From Ylistrum balloti (lineage: Eukaryota): a stretch of 64,000 nucleotides of DNA. Position numbers and translations under genes: made by a program. Under the pieces are notes generated by a model, which was not told the origin of the DNA, made no database searches, and worked only from the letters and a program-made list of their open reading frames with translations. The stretch spans positions 62,001 through 126,000 of the forward strand of contig NW_026782320.1 in the NCBI RefSeq assembly GCF_031769215.1, in the 5' to 3' direction. Of this stretch, positions 49,683 through 61,469 are shown piece by piece; position 1 is the stretch's first letter; the number at the start of each line of letters is the position of its first letter.

Positions 49683-50190
49683 TTTTTAGGTCGAAGGGTC
49701 CGATGACCTATTGCGATCGACTTTTGTCCGGCGTGTCTGTCGTAAACATTTTCAACTTCTTCTCAAGTTCTAATGTCTCATTGAGCTGAAACTTACCTGA
49801 AATGATCATGACATGATCCTGACCAAAGTTTATTAATTTCTGGTTGGTCCGAAATCAAAGATGGCTGCAATCTTGAAAACACATTTTCGACTTCTTCTCA
49901 AGTTCCATCAGTGCGATTGAGCCAAAACTTGCAAGAAATGATCATGACATGGCACTGACCAAAGTTTGTTACTTGAAACATCCTCTGAATAACCAGAACA
50001 TCTAGGGTGATATTTGGTCTGTAGCATGCTGGGATGAAGGTTTACGAAGTTTGTTGAAATGAATAACATTAACCCACTTTCACGGTGGTGGCTGAGTGCC
50101 CTTGATCCTTAAATACAGGTGAAATAAGTTCGAAATTTGGAACCTTGTATTTTATTTCACATCACCATTAAGGCCCATGGGCCTCTTGTT
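49683..50190 (+). mobile_element. Non-autonomous HINE/Helentron-like repeat
   Basis: TTTTTAGGTC start, internal duplication of about 125 bp, 3' palindrome AGGCCCATGGGCCT (50171-50184) followed by CTTGTT. Confidence 0.6.
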
Positions 50191-50239
50191 TCTTGTTACA
50201 CCATTGTGTCTTTAGGACACTTTCTAACCTATGTATTAA

Positions 50240-51062
50240 CCCCTTCGGCGCCAATTATCTCTTACAATGTACAGCTCAGCGCAAAATATTTTCCGGAAAA
50301 TATCCGAAAACAATGGCAGCATTACTGAAACAAGCATACCTTGGCTAATAATAAAGATGTTAACTTCAAATTTGGAATAGTAATCATTTATTGCATACAG
50401 ATTCTAAATATGTATTCAAAATTATATAATTCTAATGATAAGACCAATAACTTGCAAGTTAAACTTTTATAAAATATTTTTAGCAAATGAGTGTTTTCCA
50501 CTCTGTTACAGGAAATTGGGGAAGAATTTTGTTAAAAGTAATTCTGGCTTGTATTTACAGTCTTTATGAAAACCAGAAATGAATTATGCTAGTTTGCTTT
50601 CAAACTTTTTTCCTTTTGATCACAAATTATAAACACGATGAGCAGCAGCACATCTATAATTTTGCTGCATGTGGTAAATTTCATGACAAGGTACACAACA
50701 CATGGATAAATTGCACTGAATGCACTAATAGTTTGTTTGCTTTCTTTTCCACCCATTTTCTGTTCTGCTACTGCAAATAATAGTCTTGTTTATATTTTGC
50801 ATCTCCATACTGTCCCACAAAGTGACGTTCGACCAAACGCTCTGAAAGTTCCAGGTTGGATGGTCTTCATCGTCTAGAAGACTTTCGAACAAATCCCTGT
50901 AATAATCCACTGATGACCTGTTCCCTAAACACTGTTTGGCCAACCGGTAATTCTGTTTTCTGGCAGTACACAACATAAGCGTTCACTAAAGCCACTTCGC
51001 GAATTTGGTGATAAACGGTATAATACCACTTGGATGACTTGCGTGGATATGCATGCGTCATC
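50240..51062 (-). mobile_element. piggyBac 3' fragment
   Basis: YPRKSSKWYYTVY...ALVNAYVVY; C-terminal cysteine-rich domain (KQTNY-CIQC...CVPCHEIYH); terminus TTAA (50236-50239) + CCCCTT. Confidence 0.75.
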
Positions 51063-51223
51063 AGTTACTGATCCAAAAGATCATCATTCCTGTGCAGGTA
51101 AGATAACACAGTTCTTCTTAACAATTATTTATTTGCATCCTCCAGTGAGGGTGAAAACTCGACAAAAAGATAGCACACTCTAAGAATGACAAGGTTTGTC
51201 CAGTCCATGCTTTACAGAATGGT

Positions 51224-54200
51224 CAGGGTGAGAAAAATATTTTTGAAAGCACTCATCCAAGGGGGACAAGTGCCACATGAGAACCACTCGTCCCTGAACA
51301 AAAATTACTTGTCCCTCAGACTTGCAATTTTTAATTCTACATAAAAGTAAACAAAACCTGTGTTAATGTGTTTTCATTGTTTTAATAATCATATCTTGTA
51401 ATTATACAGGAACTGCAGTTTTGTTTAGTCATCATTTCAGATTTGTCTCTCTCATAGAAAATGTCACTCTATGAATTAGTCAGAATCGCTATCACTATCC
51501 TCAAGCTGAGGTAATTCTGGTAGGTCTGTTGGTTCAGCAGCAGCATCCGGAGCATTGGTTACAGTTTTGACATCATCAGATTTTCCTGTCACATACCTGC
51601 GAGTTTTTGCTGAACATAACCATATATTGACTGCTTCATTTGCATCAAATGTTGAAACATTTTGTTGCATCTGTTTTATTTGCATTACATTCTGAAGTGT
51701 TGTTTGTTTCATCTGTGACCTGTATGTTGTCTTGAGTTTGTTCATTGAGCTAAAAGCTCGTTCACAAACAGCTGTGCAGGGTGAAAGTGTGATTATTATG
51801 TTTACCAATGCTAATATATGCTGAAGATTATCTGGATTGAGCATCAGTAAGTTTGCATATACTGTCTGAGGGGGTGAGCTCCGCTGCCTGTTCAACCTTA
51901 GCTTCAGATCTAGCCACTCTGCAGAGGTCCCATTTATGTCATATTCAGAAAGGCAGTCTTTGAAGTGATCAGTCAGATTGGCTACTTGGTTGTTACCAAA
52001 ACTTCTCAGTTCATTAAGGTCAACAGGCCATAATGTGTGGTCAAACACTTGAAAATCAGCATAAGGAGGGTCCTGTAAAGATCCAAACCTATTACTGATT
52101 TACTGAACAACTTCCCCAAGAAATGTTGTGAATGTCCCAATCAAGTTTGCACCTTTATTTGTAAGTGAAACTGATTGAGCTGATTCCTTTCCACACTTGA
52201 AAACCCCATCAGAGTAACTCTGTACAAACTTGCTGTAAAATTCTCCTGTATCAGGTCCATTCTCTTTCAGCTCGGACAACTCCCATGAAGCTAACTCCAA
52301 CTTTCTGACAACATCACTGATAAAGAGCTCATCTATCTGATAACATTCACTGAGGTGCTTAAGAACAGAAGTTACATCAATCATAAAATGCAAATATTTG
52401 ACAAACTTTTCAGTTTTGAGTTCCCTTAGCAACCCTGTGGACCTGGCAGAATCTTCCCCAGTTCCCTGACCAACATGTTCCAAGTGATCAATTGTAACAG
52501 CATAATGTTTCTCTAAAGCTGCTAGTGATCTGTGCCTACTTGCCAACCAACGAATTTGCTGAACCCCACTGTAATAGGCATAGTCTTCCTCAATTATTTC
52601 AGAAATAGCCTTAAGTTCTCTTCTCTTCTTCGGTGAGTAAAAGTGGTATTTAAATACTCCTTTGACAGTGTCATCAAACTGACGTAGATATGGAACAGTT
52701 TTCACAGCATCCAACACCCCAAGTTCTAGATTGTGAGCGACACAGTGAATTGACAATAAGTGAGGGACCCTTTGTGACAACCTAGTAGCTACACCAGGCT
52801 TTTTTCCCATCATGACAGCTGCCCCATCAAAATTACAGCCAACCAGTTTTGAAACTAAAATTTCCTGAGTTACTCCAAACAGTTTCTACAGCTTCATCAA
52901 TTGCTGCTAAAACACCTTCAGCTGTTGCATTTTCAAGAGAAACAATGTCACAAAGAAGAGTCTTTGCCCTGCCCGACGCTGGACCAACATATCGTAGAAA
53001 AACGGCCTCTTGCTCAACAATTCCTGCATTCGTGCTACCATCTGACAGAACACATAAAAACATGGCATGTTTTAGTTCTTGAGAAATAGCTTTCACCTCA
53101 TTTGTGGCAATGTTGTTAATAAAAGTGGCACATGCCTTGTCATTCTTGTACTTCGAACCTAGATCTACTCCATTTTTTTCTTTTAACTCACAAAAGCCCT
53201 GGAATGATTTAAACGACTGGCCTTGTTTTGCTACATAAAATGAGGTGTTGAAAAGGCAGCCAATTTGCGTACGGACATTTTCACCCAGAGTTAAAGACAT
53301 TTTTTTCAGAGGACCAGCATAATTTGGTCTGTTCTCAGACTCATACTTTTCCTGACACTTCAGATGTAATTCAGACTTACTATGAAACGTTAGAGATTCT
53401 TTTCTGAAATTCCCCTCACCCCCGGCGCCTTTGAAAAGTGGGCTGTCTTTATCTGCCACCATTGGATATTTCAGACAGTATGTGCAAACCATTTTATTTC
53501 TGTTTTAATCGTATTGAACCCAAGGAAATTCCTTGTGCCAACTTTCATTGAAATTTCTTTTTTTCTTTTTTGGTTTAACCACTTCTGTTTCTCCCTGCAT
53601 AGCTGTTTTAGCTTTTGTTTTATCTTCTTCATCACGCTCTTGTCTTATTTTCTTAGACGATGAAGCTTTCACAAAGAACGATTCTATCGTTCGCTTCGCC
53701 ATAGCGACATATTAACAGGAACTAAAAAGTGGATTCTAAGCAGTAAAATCATTTTCCGGACTTGATTCTAAATAAAGTGTAATCATGTATCCTTCTTGAA
53801 ATCTGGTATTAGAACACACAGAAACGAAATATGAACACGTGTGACTTGATAATTCTTAGATAATGTCATTCTCAGTACCTTTAAAATTTTCCGTAATTGA
53901 TACGATACTGGGTCCGGAATACATTGTCATATCCATTTATTAGTCTCTCCCTTCTTTATCACGTAAACACATCAAAATCACGTCGGCGCTTCTGTATCGT
54001 GAACATAGAGAAAAGGCTTCGACGGAACTTAATTTTAAGTATGATTTAATCCTAATTTGTTTAGAAAGATTTCATGGAATAAATGCTGAAGACAATGCAC
54101 GTATATTCATCATTTTGATTTATTTATTATTTGCTTTTGAAATCTACTCGTCACCTGGATGAGTGCACGACGACATTCACTCCTCCCCAGCCAAATTTAG

Positions 54201-54242
54201 CTCGTCCAGGACGAGTGGACGAGTGCTTTTTTTTGCGCCCTG
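51224..54242 (-). mobile_element. Complete hAT transposon with 5-bp TSD
   Basis: CAGGG...AAAGCACTC ends (51224; inverted, ending 54242); ATGGT on both flanks (51219-51223, 54243-54247); subterminal CT(C/T)GTCC motifs. Confidence 0.85.
51476..53702 (-). pseudogene. ZNF862-like hAT transposase
   Basis: FNESWHKEFPW..MVCTYC zinc finger, LSDGST, NFDGAAVM, HCVAHNLEL, RWLAS, TAVCERAFS; stop at 53505-53507 and frameshifts near 52880 and 52100. Confidence 0.9.
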
Positions 54243-54974
54243 ATGGTATATTAAGAAAATTGCACAATAACAGGATTTTACACACTGGATTCACATTCTC
54301 TTACTTGATATACTGGTTTAAAGGCAGAGATCTTATTATGGATACCTGATACACCGTAACCTCAAATCCAAGGTAATCTACATAGAAACTCTGTAGAGTC
54401 CTTATTTTACAGCATATCGTACAGAATGACTGAATGGACGATTGAATGACTAAATGTGACAAAGGACTGACAGCTACATTATACAGTTTAGAACTGCTGA
54501 TGTAATCATTTGTAAGGTAAACAAAAACACTTACTCTGTAGTTTGCCGACATCAACCTATCTGAGCTAAACTGTCTACACATGACAGACATGTCCATGGC
54601 GCTTTTCAAACAGGAAGTAAACAAAGTGTGCGAGGCTTGACTAAATCTCGGAACATAATCCGGGCTATTCTGGATAGGGCACAAGTTTGAAAAAAGTTAA
54701 AAAGCTTTACATGCATTAATGCTCTGGTCCCATAATGGCGTAAAAGTTTAAGGATTTTTGCCAGTACGCTATCGTAAAAGATTGAAACACATGAACATGT
54801 AATTTACATGTACCTACAGGCAGCATGACCCAGCTGATCGCTAGCTTCAGATTTTAGCATTAAATGTTCTTGGCATATGATAATTATTTTCAACCATGAT
54901 AATTAAATTTAACTACAGTAGTTAACACTATAAACAGTGGTACTATATATATAACATCAAAGACTGGTACATAT

Positions 54975-55710
54975 ATACTTAACAAAAAAAGAAAGGTTAC
55001 ACTACTTTATTCTGCGATTTATTAATTAACCCCTTCATCAATCCTTACCAATAAAGTAATTGATCAATTCTGATAAAACTGCAGTCATGGTTCATTATAA
55101 ATCTTTGCGTTCAGTTGATTTTATTCGACTGTAAAGGATGTTGGGGTCAATTTCAAAGGTAACACCATTAGTAACAGGTATGGCCACCGTTTTCGAAGTA
55201 AACAGCATTGCAGCGTCGTTGCATGGAACTCTTAACAGGCGCATAATTCGAGGAGAGATTATGTTCCATTCAGCGATCAAGGCTTGGGCCAGCTCCTGCA
55301 AGTTTGACGGCTGATTTTGACGTTCTCCTGCGCGTCGCCCAAGAACGTCCCAGACATGCTCAATTGGTGACAAATCAGGTGATTTAGATGGCCAATCTAA
55401 CACCTGTACGTTATTCTGCTACATGAAAGTTCTGCTGACGCGACTGGTGCATTTTCCTGTTGAAAAATGGCGCCAACGCTATGGTGTTTTAAGAATGGCA
55501 GAACCACTGGTCTTAAAATTTCGTCCTGATATTGAATGCCGGTTAAATTGCTATTTAACACAACAAGCCTGGTACAAGTCCCCCGACAAATACCACCCCA
55601 AACCATTGCACTTCCGCCGCCAAAGCAGTCGCATTCTGCAACGCAGCAGTTCGCAAAACACTCCCCTCGTCACTGTGTTGCAGACAAAACCTGGACTCAC
55701 AATTCACCAT
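54975..55710 (-). mobile_element. Tc1/mariner 3' fragment
   Basis: ESRF, VMVWGGI, FQQENAP, DWPSKSPDLSPIEHVW; frameshifted. Confidence 0.85.
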
Positions 55711-57369
55711 GTATATATGTACAAAGTGATAACAGCGAAAAAAGCCTCCTGGAAAGGAGCGACACAACATGGGATTCGAACAAATATTAAATTATGTTTA
55801 CACCCTATTTATTGTTTATCTTGACTAGAGTTGAATATGTAGCCATTTACAGTAGAAACAAATTCTATCAACATCAGTAAATGACTGAAAAAAGTATTGG
55901 ACAACAATCTCATAAATAATGAGCCAAATAATATCACACTGATTTATGATATTACTCTGAGCCAGATAATGAACTGCTGTGGATATTGAATTAATTTACC
56001 AATTTATCAACCAATTAATATTGCAATGAATAATGAGAAAAATGAGTAGGTCACTGAAATTCACTAAAATTCATTGTTACATTTGTCACCATAAATTATA
56101 ACTGTCCAAAAGTTCCCAATAATAGCAGAGGGTGCAATATATACTGAAGATTGACCATGTATTTGAAGTCGTAGAGGTTACTAATGAGTCGTTGAAGTGC
56201 CCAGGCTGTCCAGTTCTCTGTCGTGGCGTGAATCCGTAACAAAGGAGTTGCAGAATTTATAATGACCTGGTTGCCATTATTCGGGTGTCATCCTGACATC
56301 ACTGCACCGTGTACGTGACTATGAAACTTCTAGTTGAGCAATTATCCCTAATATTACCTCAAAGCACTTTTCATCTCTTGACAACACTTTATAACTATTA
56401 AATGTATCCCTATATGACTAGAAATGTTCAAAAATAGACCTAAACAATAGTTATTACTCTTCTTGTACTTCACACAATGTATTGCATATTAGCCCTGCAC
56501 ATGGTTCAGCGAGCCAATTTCACTATCAACATTACTTGCTAAAAATATGACAAAAATACTATGACTGCTACTTAACTGGTTATATAATTCAGATGATGTT
56601 GGTTTTATACGAAACACTCACCCTGAGAATTTCCCTAACTTGCTTTCTACTTCATGTCTATGAAGTTTTAAGACGCAGCCAACGTCAACATGGCTACATG
56701 TCTAGCTGTCACGTAGACGAGTCAGCCAAGTAATTACCCTGAAGAATTCCACAACTCAAAGACTGGTAATTTCTAACATTTAATAAAATAACAATAACAA
56801 TAGTATACAGTTAAGATTCTAAGTAACACCCACCTATGGAGCTCCAAGACTAACTCTGACCTATAGTGGCTAATAAATATATCTGACATACATAAATAAA
56901 CACTACCCTGAATGGAATAATCCCCCCTATAGAAACACACTTTACAGTCGTAGAATCTTAACAGTAGCACAACACCATTGTAGATTACGAGTATGAAGCA
57001 CATACAGTTCCTCACTACACAGTAGTATGACATGTCTATCCGCAGATAACAATAAGCAGTCTTTACTGCGCACAGAATTCTCTTTCACCATGAACAGAAT
57101 ATGTCGCAGAGGTGGAAAGGAGAATTATCATAAGGCCACGACACGCCTATATGGACGTCTATCATTGTGGTCTCGCATTGTTCCAGTAACCGTGTATCAC
57201 ACACTTGCACTCATGCTGAGCTGTAACAATTAGTCGTTGTACTAATAGCACATGTACCCATATTAACCTTGTACCACAATCTTATGCCAGTCACCACGTT
57301 TACTCTACTGTTTCCATCCATGTGTCACGTGCCCAGCCCGCACGCCTGCCTATCCCTACGACCCCCATA

Positions 57370-58091
57370 TTTATGTTGCAATGGGGGAAAATGTATGTTG
57401 CAATATGCCAGGATTTTGCAACTTAACATTAAGTTGAAATTCGCAAGTGCCAAAACATTCAACTTAAATGCCAAATTCGTTGTTTTTTGCAACATAACTG
57501 ATAGACCATTGGCACTTTAAGTTGTTATTTTTTTTGATGTTTTTTTCAGAAATAATCAATTTTTTCTCTTTGTTGACGTGATTAAGCTTTTCTAAAGCTT
57601 TCTAACCCTCTATAACTCATATAACCTTTATATATATATATAAAAAGTTATGTGGCAAACAAATTTTTGACCCATTTTGTTAAGTTGCAAATTGGCATGC
57701 ATTTATAATTATGCATATTTATCTTTTTCGTAAATGTAGAGCTTCAAAATTAGGTGTATTTATAGTTTTTACAATTTTCTACATATTACTAATTTTTGGG
57801 TGGTATACCTACCCTGATTTCCTCAAAAGATAATTTCACGTATGAAAAATCCATCAATAGCATGGAAAATCATTAAAAATGTTGTTGTTGATTCAATATT
57901 TTTTTTATTTGAATTCTTCTCTTCAGATATCCTTTGTGTAATACATCTATGACGTTCAGGCAGAAAAGAACTGTTTTTCATGGGAAAAACACCAATTTCT
58001 CAGTTTAAGATATTTGTGTAGTGACACCTATACTGTTAAGTTGCAAAACGCGGAGTTGCACGGTTAGGGTTTGTTTAAGTTGCATATGGCT
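57370..58091. repeat. Scattered half-site motifs TTA(T/A)GTTGCAA and inverse leading into the palindrome arrays
   Basis: TATGTTGCAA, TGCAACTTAA, TTAAGTTGCAA recur from 57370 to about 58085. Confidence 0.55.
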
Positions 58092-58498
58092 TTAGATTAT
58101 GTTGTAAAATGCCTATTTTGTCATGATATGAGCGACCTTGTGGTCAGATTATGTTGCAACCGGTAGATGTGTATGCAACATAATCTAACCCCAGGGTTTG
58201 CTTATGTTGCAAACGGTAAGAATTGAGAGGTCGATCGCAACATAATCTAACACCAGGGGTTAGATTATGTTGCAAACATCAGGCCCTGTAGCAACATAAC
58301 CTAACCCTGTGGTTTGATTATGTTGCATCATGTCAAACTTACTCCCTTACCAACATAACCTAACCCTGGGGTTAGGTTATGTTGCAATGAGCTTAAAATT
58401 CTAACCGTTTGCAACATATGAAAACCCTGGGGTTAGATTATGTTGCATTTGCTAAACCTCTTGCAACATAATCTAACCCTGGGGTTAGATTATGTTGC
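58092..58498. repeat. Palindrome-cassette array 1 (6 complete palindromes)
   Basis: Consensus GCAACATAATCTAA-CCCTGGGG-TTAGATTATGTTGC at 58175, 58237, 58291, 58350, 58411, 58463. Confidence 0.9.
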
Positions 58499-59488
58499 AA
58501 TCGACTTATCAATTAAAAATGAACTCGTTACATAATTTATTCTGTAAAAATATCGATGTGCATTAACTCTCAATATGACTATATATTGACTAGAATTAAA
58601 TGTCTCTCACTCATTTGTATACAGATAAAATTCAAAATCACTTACACAATTACTGAAAAGTATCGATGAATAAAACCAATTCATGGACAAAGGAATAACA
58701 CTGCGTACTTTCGAGAGCAACTGGAGCGTTTCGGGAGATTTTGTGGCCCTGAAAGGGCCGTTTTAAATTACACTACAAGAGTCCTAGCCACCAGGTGCCG
58801 GCCCAGCCGGAATGGGCCTGTAAATGCTATACAACAACCAATGTTGATAGTTGAACAACATGAGTTGATGCATGTCATTTGGAGATCCATACAAGACAAG
58901 CGCTGCATGCCCAGCGACCATGTCCTCCATGTAGTCGAAGTGCCTCTGGAAACAGAACTCAGAGGCAGCAGCGGCGTCAGCTCAAAAATCGTAGATAAAT
59001 ATAGCTGTTGGATATGCCATGATGTTTCTGAATGAACAAAATCAGGTTTGACCGAATTATATAAGCAATTCACTCGGTCGTTTGCGAAGCCACCTGTACA
59101 ATTCCAATGAGTTTCAATTCTATTAAATTGAAATAAACACAACTATTGTTTTTAAGTTGGGTGTTGAAGTGTTTCTACGCAAACGAATATACGAGATATC
59201 CGTGGAAGTATGCATTTTAATGGGAAAGGGAACATTGACAGTCAATCGTTTATCTATTTCTTTTATTTCTTCTGTTCTAGCCATAAATCATGTAGATCAA
59301 AATTATTTTGCAATGAAAACTGGATGGATGAATAACTTGTAACAATAGGAAAGTATGTTATTTTTTGCTACAGCTAGATGAACACCTATCCTACCTCACT
59401 GCCAAATATCTAGTGATAGGAATTCTTAAAACGACAATAAATGCGTGTTTTAATGCATTTGAAAAACACAATATAATTTGTTACAAAA

Positions 59489-60190
59489 CCTGGGGTTAAA
59501 TTATGTTGCAATTGCAAAACCTCTTGCAACATAATCTAACCCTGGGGTTAGATTATGTTGCAAAGATCAGGCCCTCTAGCAACATAACCTAACCCTGTGG
59601 TTTGATTATGTTGCATCATGTCAAACTTACCCCCTTACCAACATAACCTAACCCTAGGGTTAGGTTATGTTGCAATGAGCTTAAAATTCTAACCGTTTGC
59701 AACATATGAAAACCCTGGGGTTAGATTATGTTGTGATCGACCTCTCAATTCTTACCGTTTGCAACATAAGCAAACCCTGGGGTTAGATTATGTTGCAATT
59801 GCAAAACCTCTTGCAACATAATCTAACCCTGGGGTTAGATTATGTTGCAAACATCAGACCCTGAAGCAACATAACCTAACCCTGGGGTTTGATTATGTTG
59901 CATCATGTCAAACTTACCCCCTTACCAACATAACCTAACCATAATCAAACCACAGGGTTAGGTTATGTTGCTAGAGGGCCTGATGTTTGCAACATAATCT
60001 AACCCCAGGGTTAGATTATGTTGCAAGAGGTTTTGCAATTGCAACATAATGAAACCCCAGGGTTTGCTTATGTTGCAAACGGTAAGAATTGAGAAGTCGG
60101 TTGCAACATAATCTCACCCCAGGGTTTGATTATGTTGGAAGAGGTTTTGCAAATGCAACATAATCTAACCCCAGGGTTAGGTTATGTTGT
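59489..60190. repeat. Palindrome-cassette array 2 (11 complete palindromes, one broken junction)
   Basis: Starts at 59526, 59579, 59638, 59699, 59761, 59813, 59866, then 59989, 60041, 60103, 60155 with inverted core CCCCAGGG. Confidence 0.9.
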
Positions 60191-60719
60191 TAATGGGATT
60201 AGTTTGTCTTTTTATTCCAGTTCTTAGATTATAGTTCAATTGTTTTAAATATTAGATCAAGTATCGCTCAGCTGTTATCTGGTTTTCATTACAAAAAAAG
60301 ATAACAGTACAACAGATTTGAACCAGTGACCTTGAATATGAATCAAGTTCTTTCTTTTCACAAAGTTTGTCGAGCTTTCTCCAAGAAAAATTAAAGCTGA
60401 ATATTCTTCTTGACTTTTAGCTAATTAGGTATTTCGAAGTATTCGTTTAAATGGAAATGTTGGCGCTAGACTAATGGACAGACGATGGACGCATTAACAC
60501 GGCATATTGTGAACTAAAAACAAGAAAAGACGATACTAATTATACTTTTTATTCTAAAGGACATCAGTCGAAATCGGGTTCGGTTCGTGAAACCTGTCCT
60601 TTTAGGACCCATAATCAAAGACACTACCTGTGTAAAAATTAACTTAATAAACAAAACAGTAAATTAAATATGATCTGTAAAACTAATTGGATAAGCTTAA
60701 ATTAAAATAGACATAAAAA

Positions 60720-61370
60720 ATAGCATCACAGAAAAGAAAAATCACAGCACCTGGAAAACTAGCGACATGAATAAAAATAGCCATTCTTTTGGTTGCCTAC
60801 TTAATTATTATATTTACAATGATTTAAAACTGATTGGTGTAAGTAAAATTTGAATTATTGAAAGTAGACATTTAAAACAAAAATACTGCTACAACGTTAG
60901 ACAACAAAAAATTTACTACAGTAGAAGGAACATCACAGAACCTGAAAAACTTGCGACATAAATAAAAATAACTATTTTTGGTTGCTTACTTAATTATTAT
61001 ATTTACATCGATGTAAAACTGATTGGTGGAAATAAAATTTGAATTACTGTCAGTAGACATTTTTTTAATAACACAAGTAATGCAGTTACAAATAATTCAA
61101 TGCACGTTGGACAACACTAAATTTACTATTTACAGATGAGGTAGTTAGGTTAATATTGTAGAATCTGTCTAATTTGAGCAAAATTAAAGAAAATAGGTGT
61201 TTTGCATAATTGATTATTCTATTTACATCAATAGATTTTAAAATAAAGATAACACAACTAGTTCAAAAATAACAATTTTTTTGGTTGCCTACTTCATTAT
61301 TATATTTACATTGATTTAAAACTGATTGGTGAAAACAAAAGTTGAATTATCTTAAGTAGACATTTTTTTA
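60720..61370. repeat. Three degenerate copies of an AT-rich unit downstream of YR2
   Basis: TTTTGGTTGC(C/T)TACTT.ATTATTATATTTACA..GAT.TAAAACTGATTGGTG near 60787, 60976 and 61281. Confidence 0.75.
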
Positions 61371-61469
61371 ATTTTTAAAATAACCAACTGCCATGGAAAT
61401 AATTACATATATTTTGTTACCGAATTATGTCAGTGCTTTTGCCTGTTTGCGCAAAGTCACATGTTTAAT

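Noticed and set aside
55026-55040. Second piggyBac end (TTAACCCCTT)
   Set aside because: Same orientation as 50236 so it cannot pair, and it lies inside the Tc1 3' region.
56100-57260. Possible exons of a host gene
   Set aside because: GC-richer patches with stops in all frames examined and no recognisable motif.
58092-60190. CRISPR array
   Set aside because: Eukaryotic context, no cas genes, spacers are only 16-26 nt and recur and invert.
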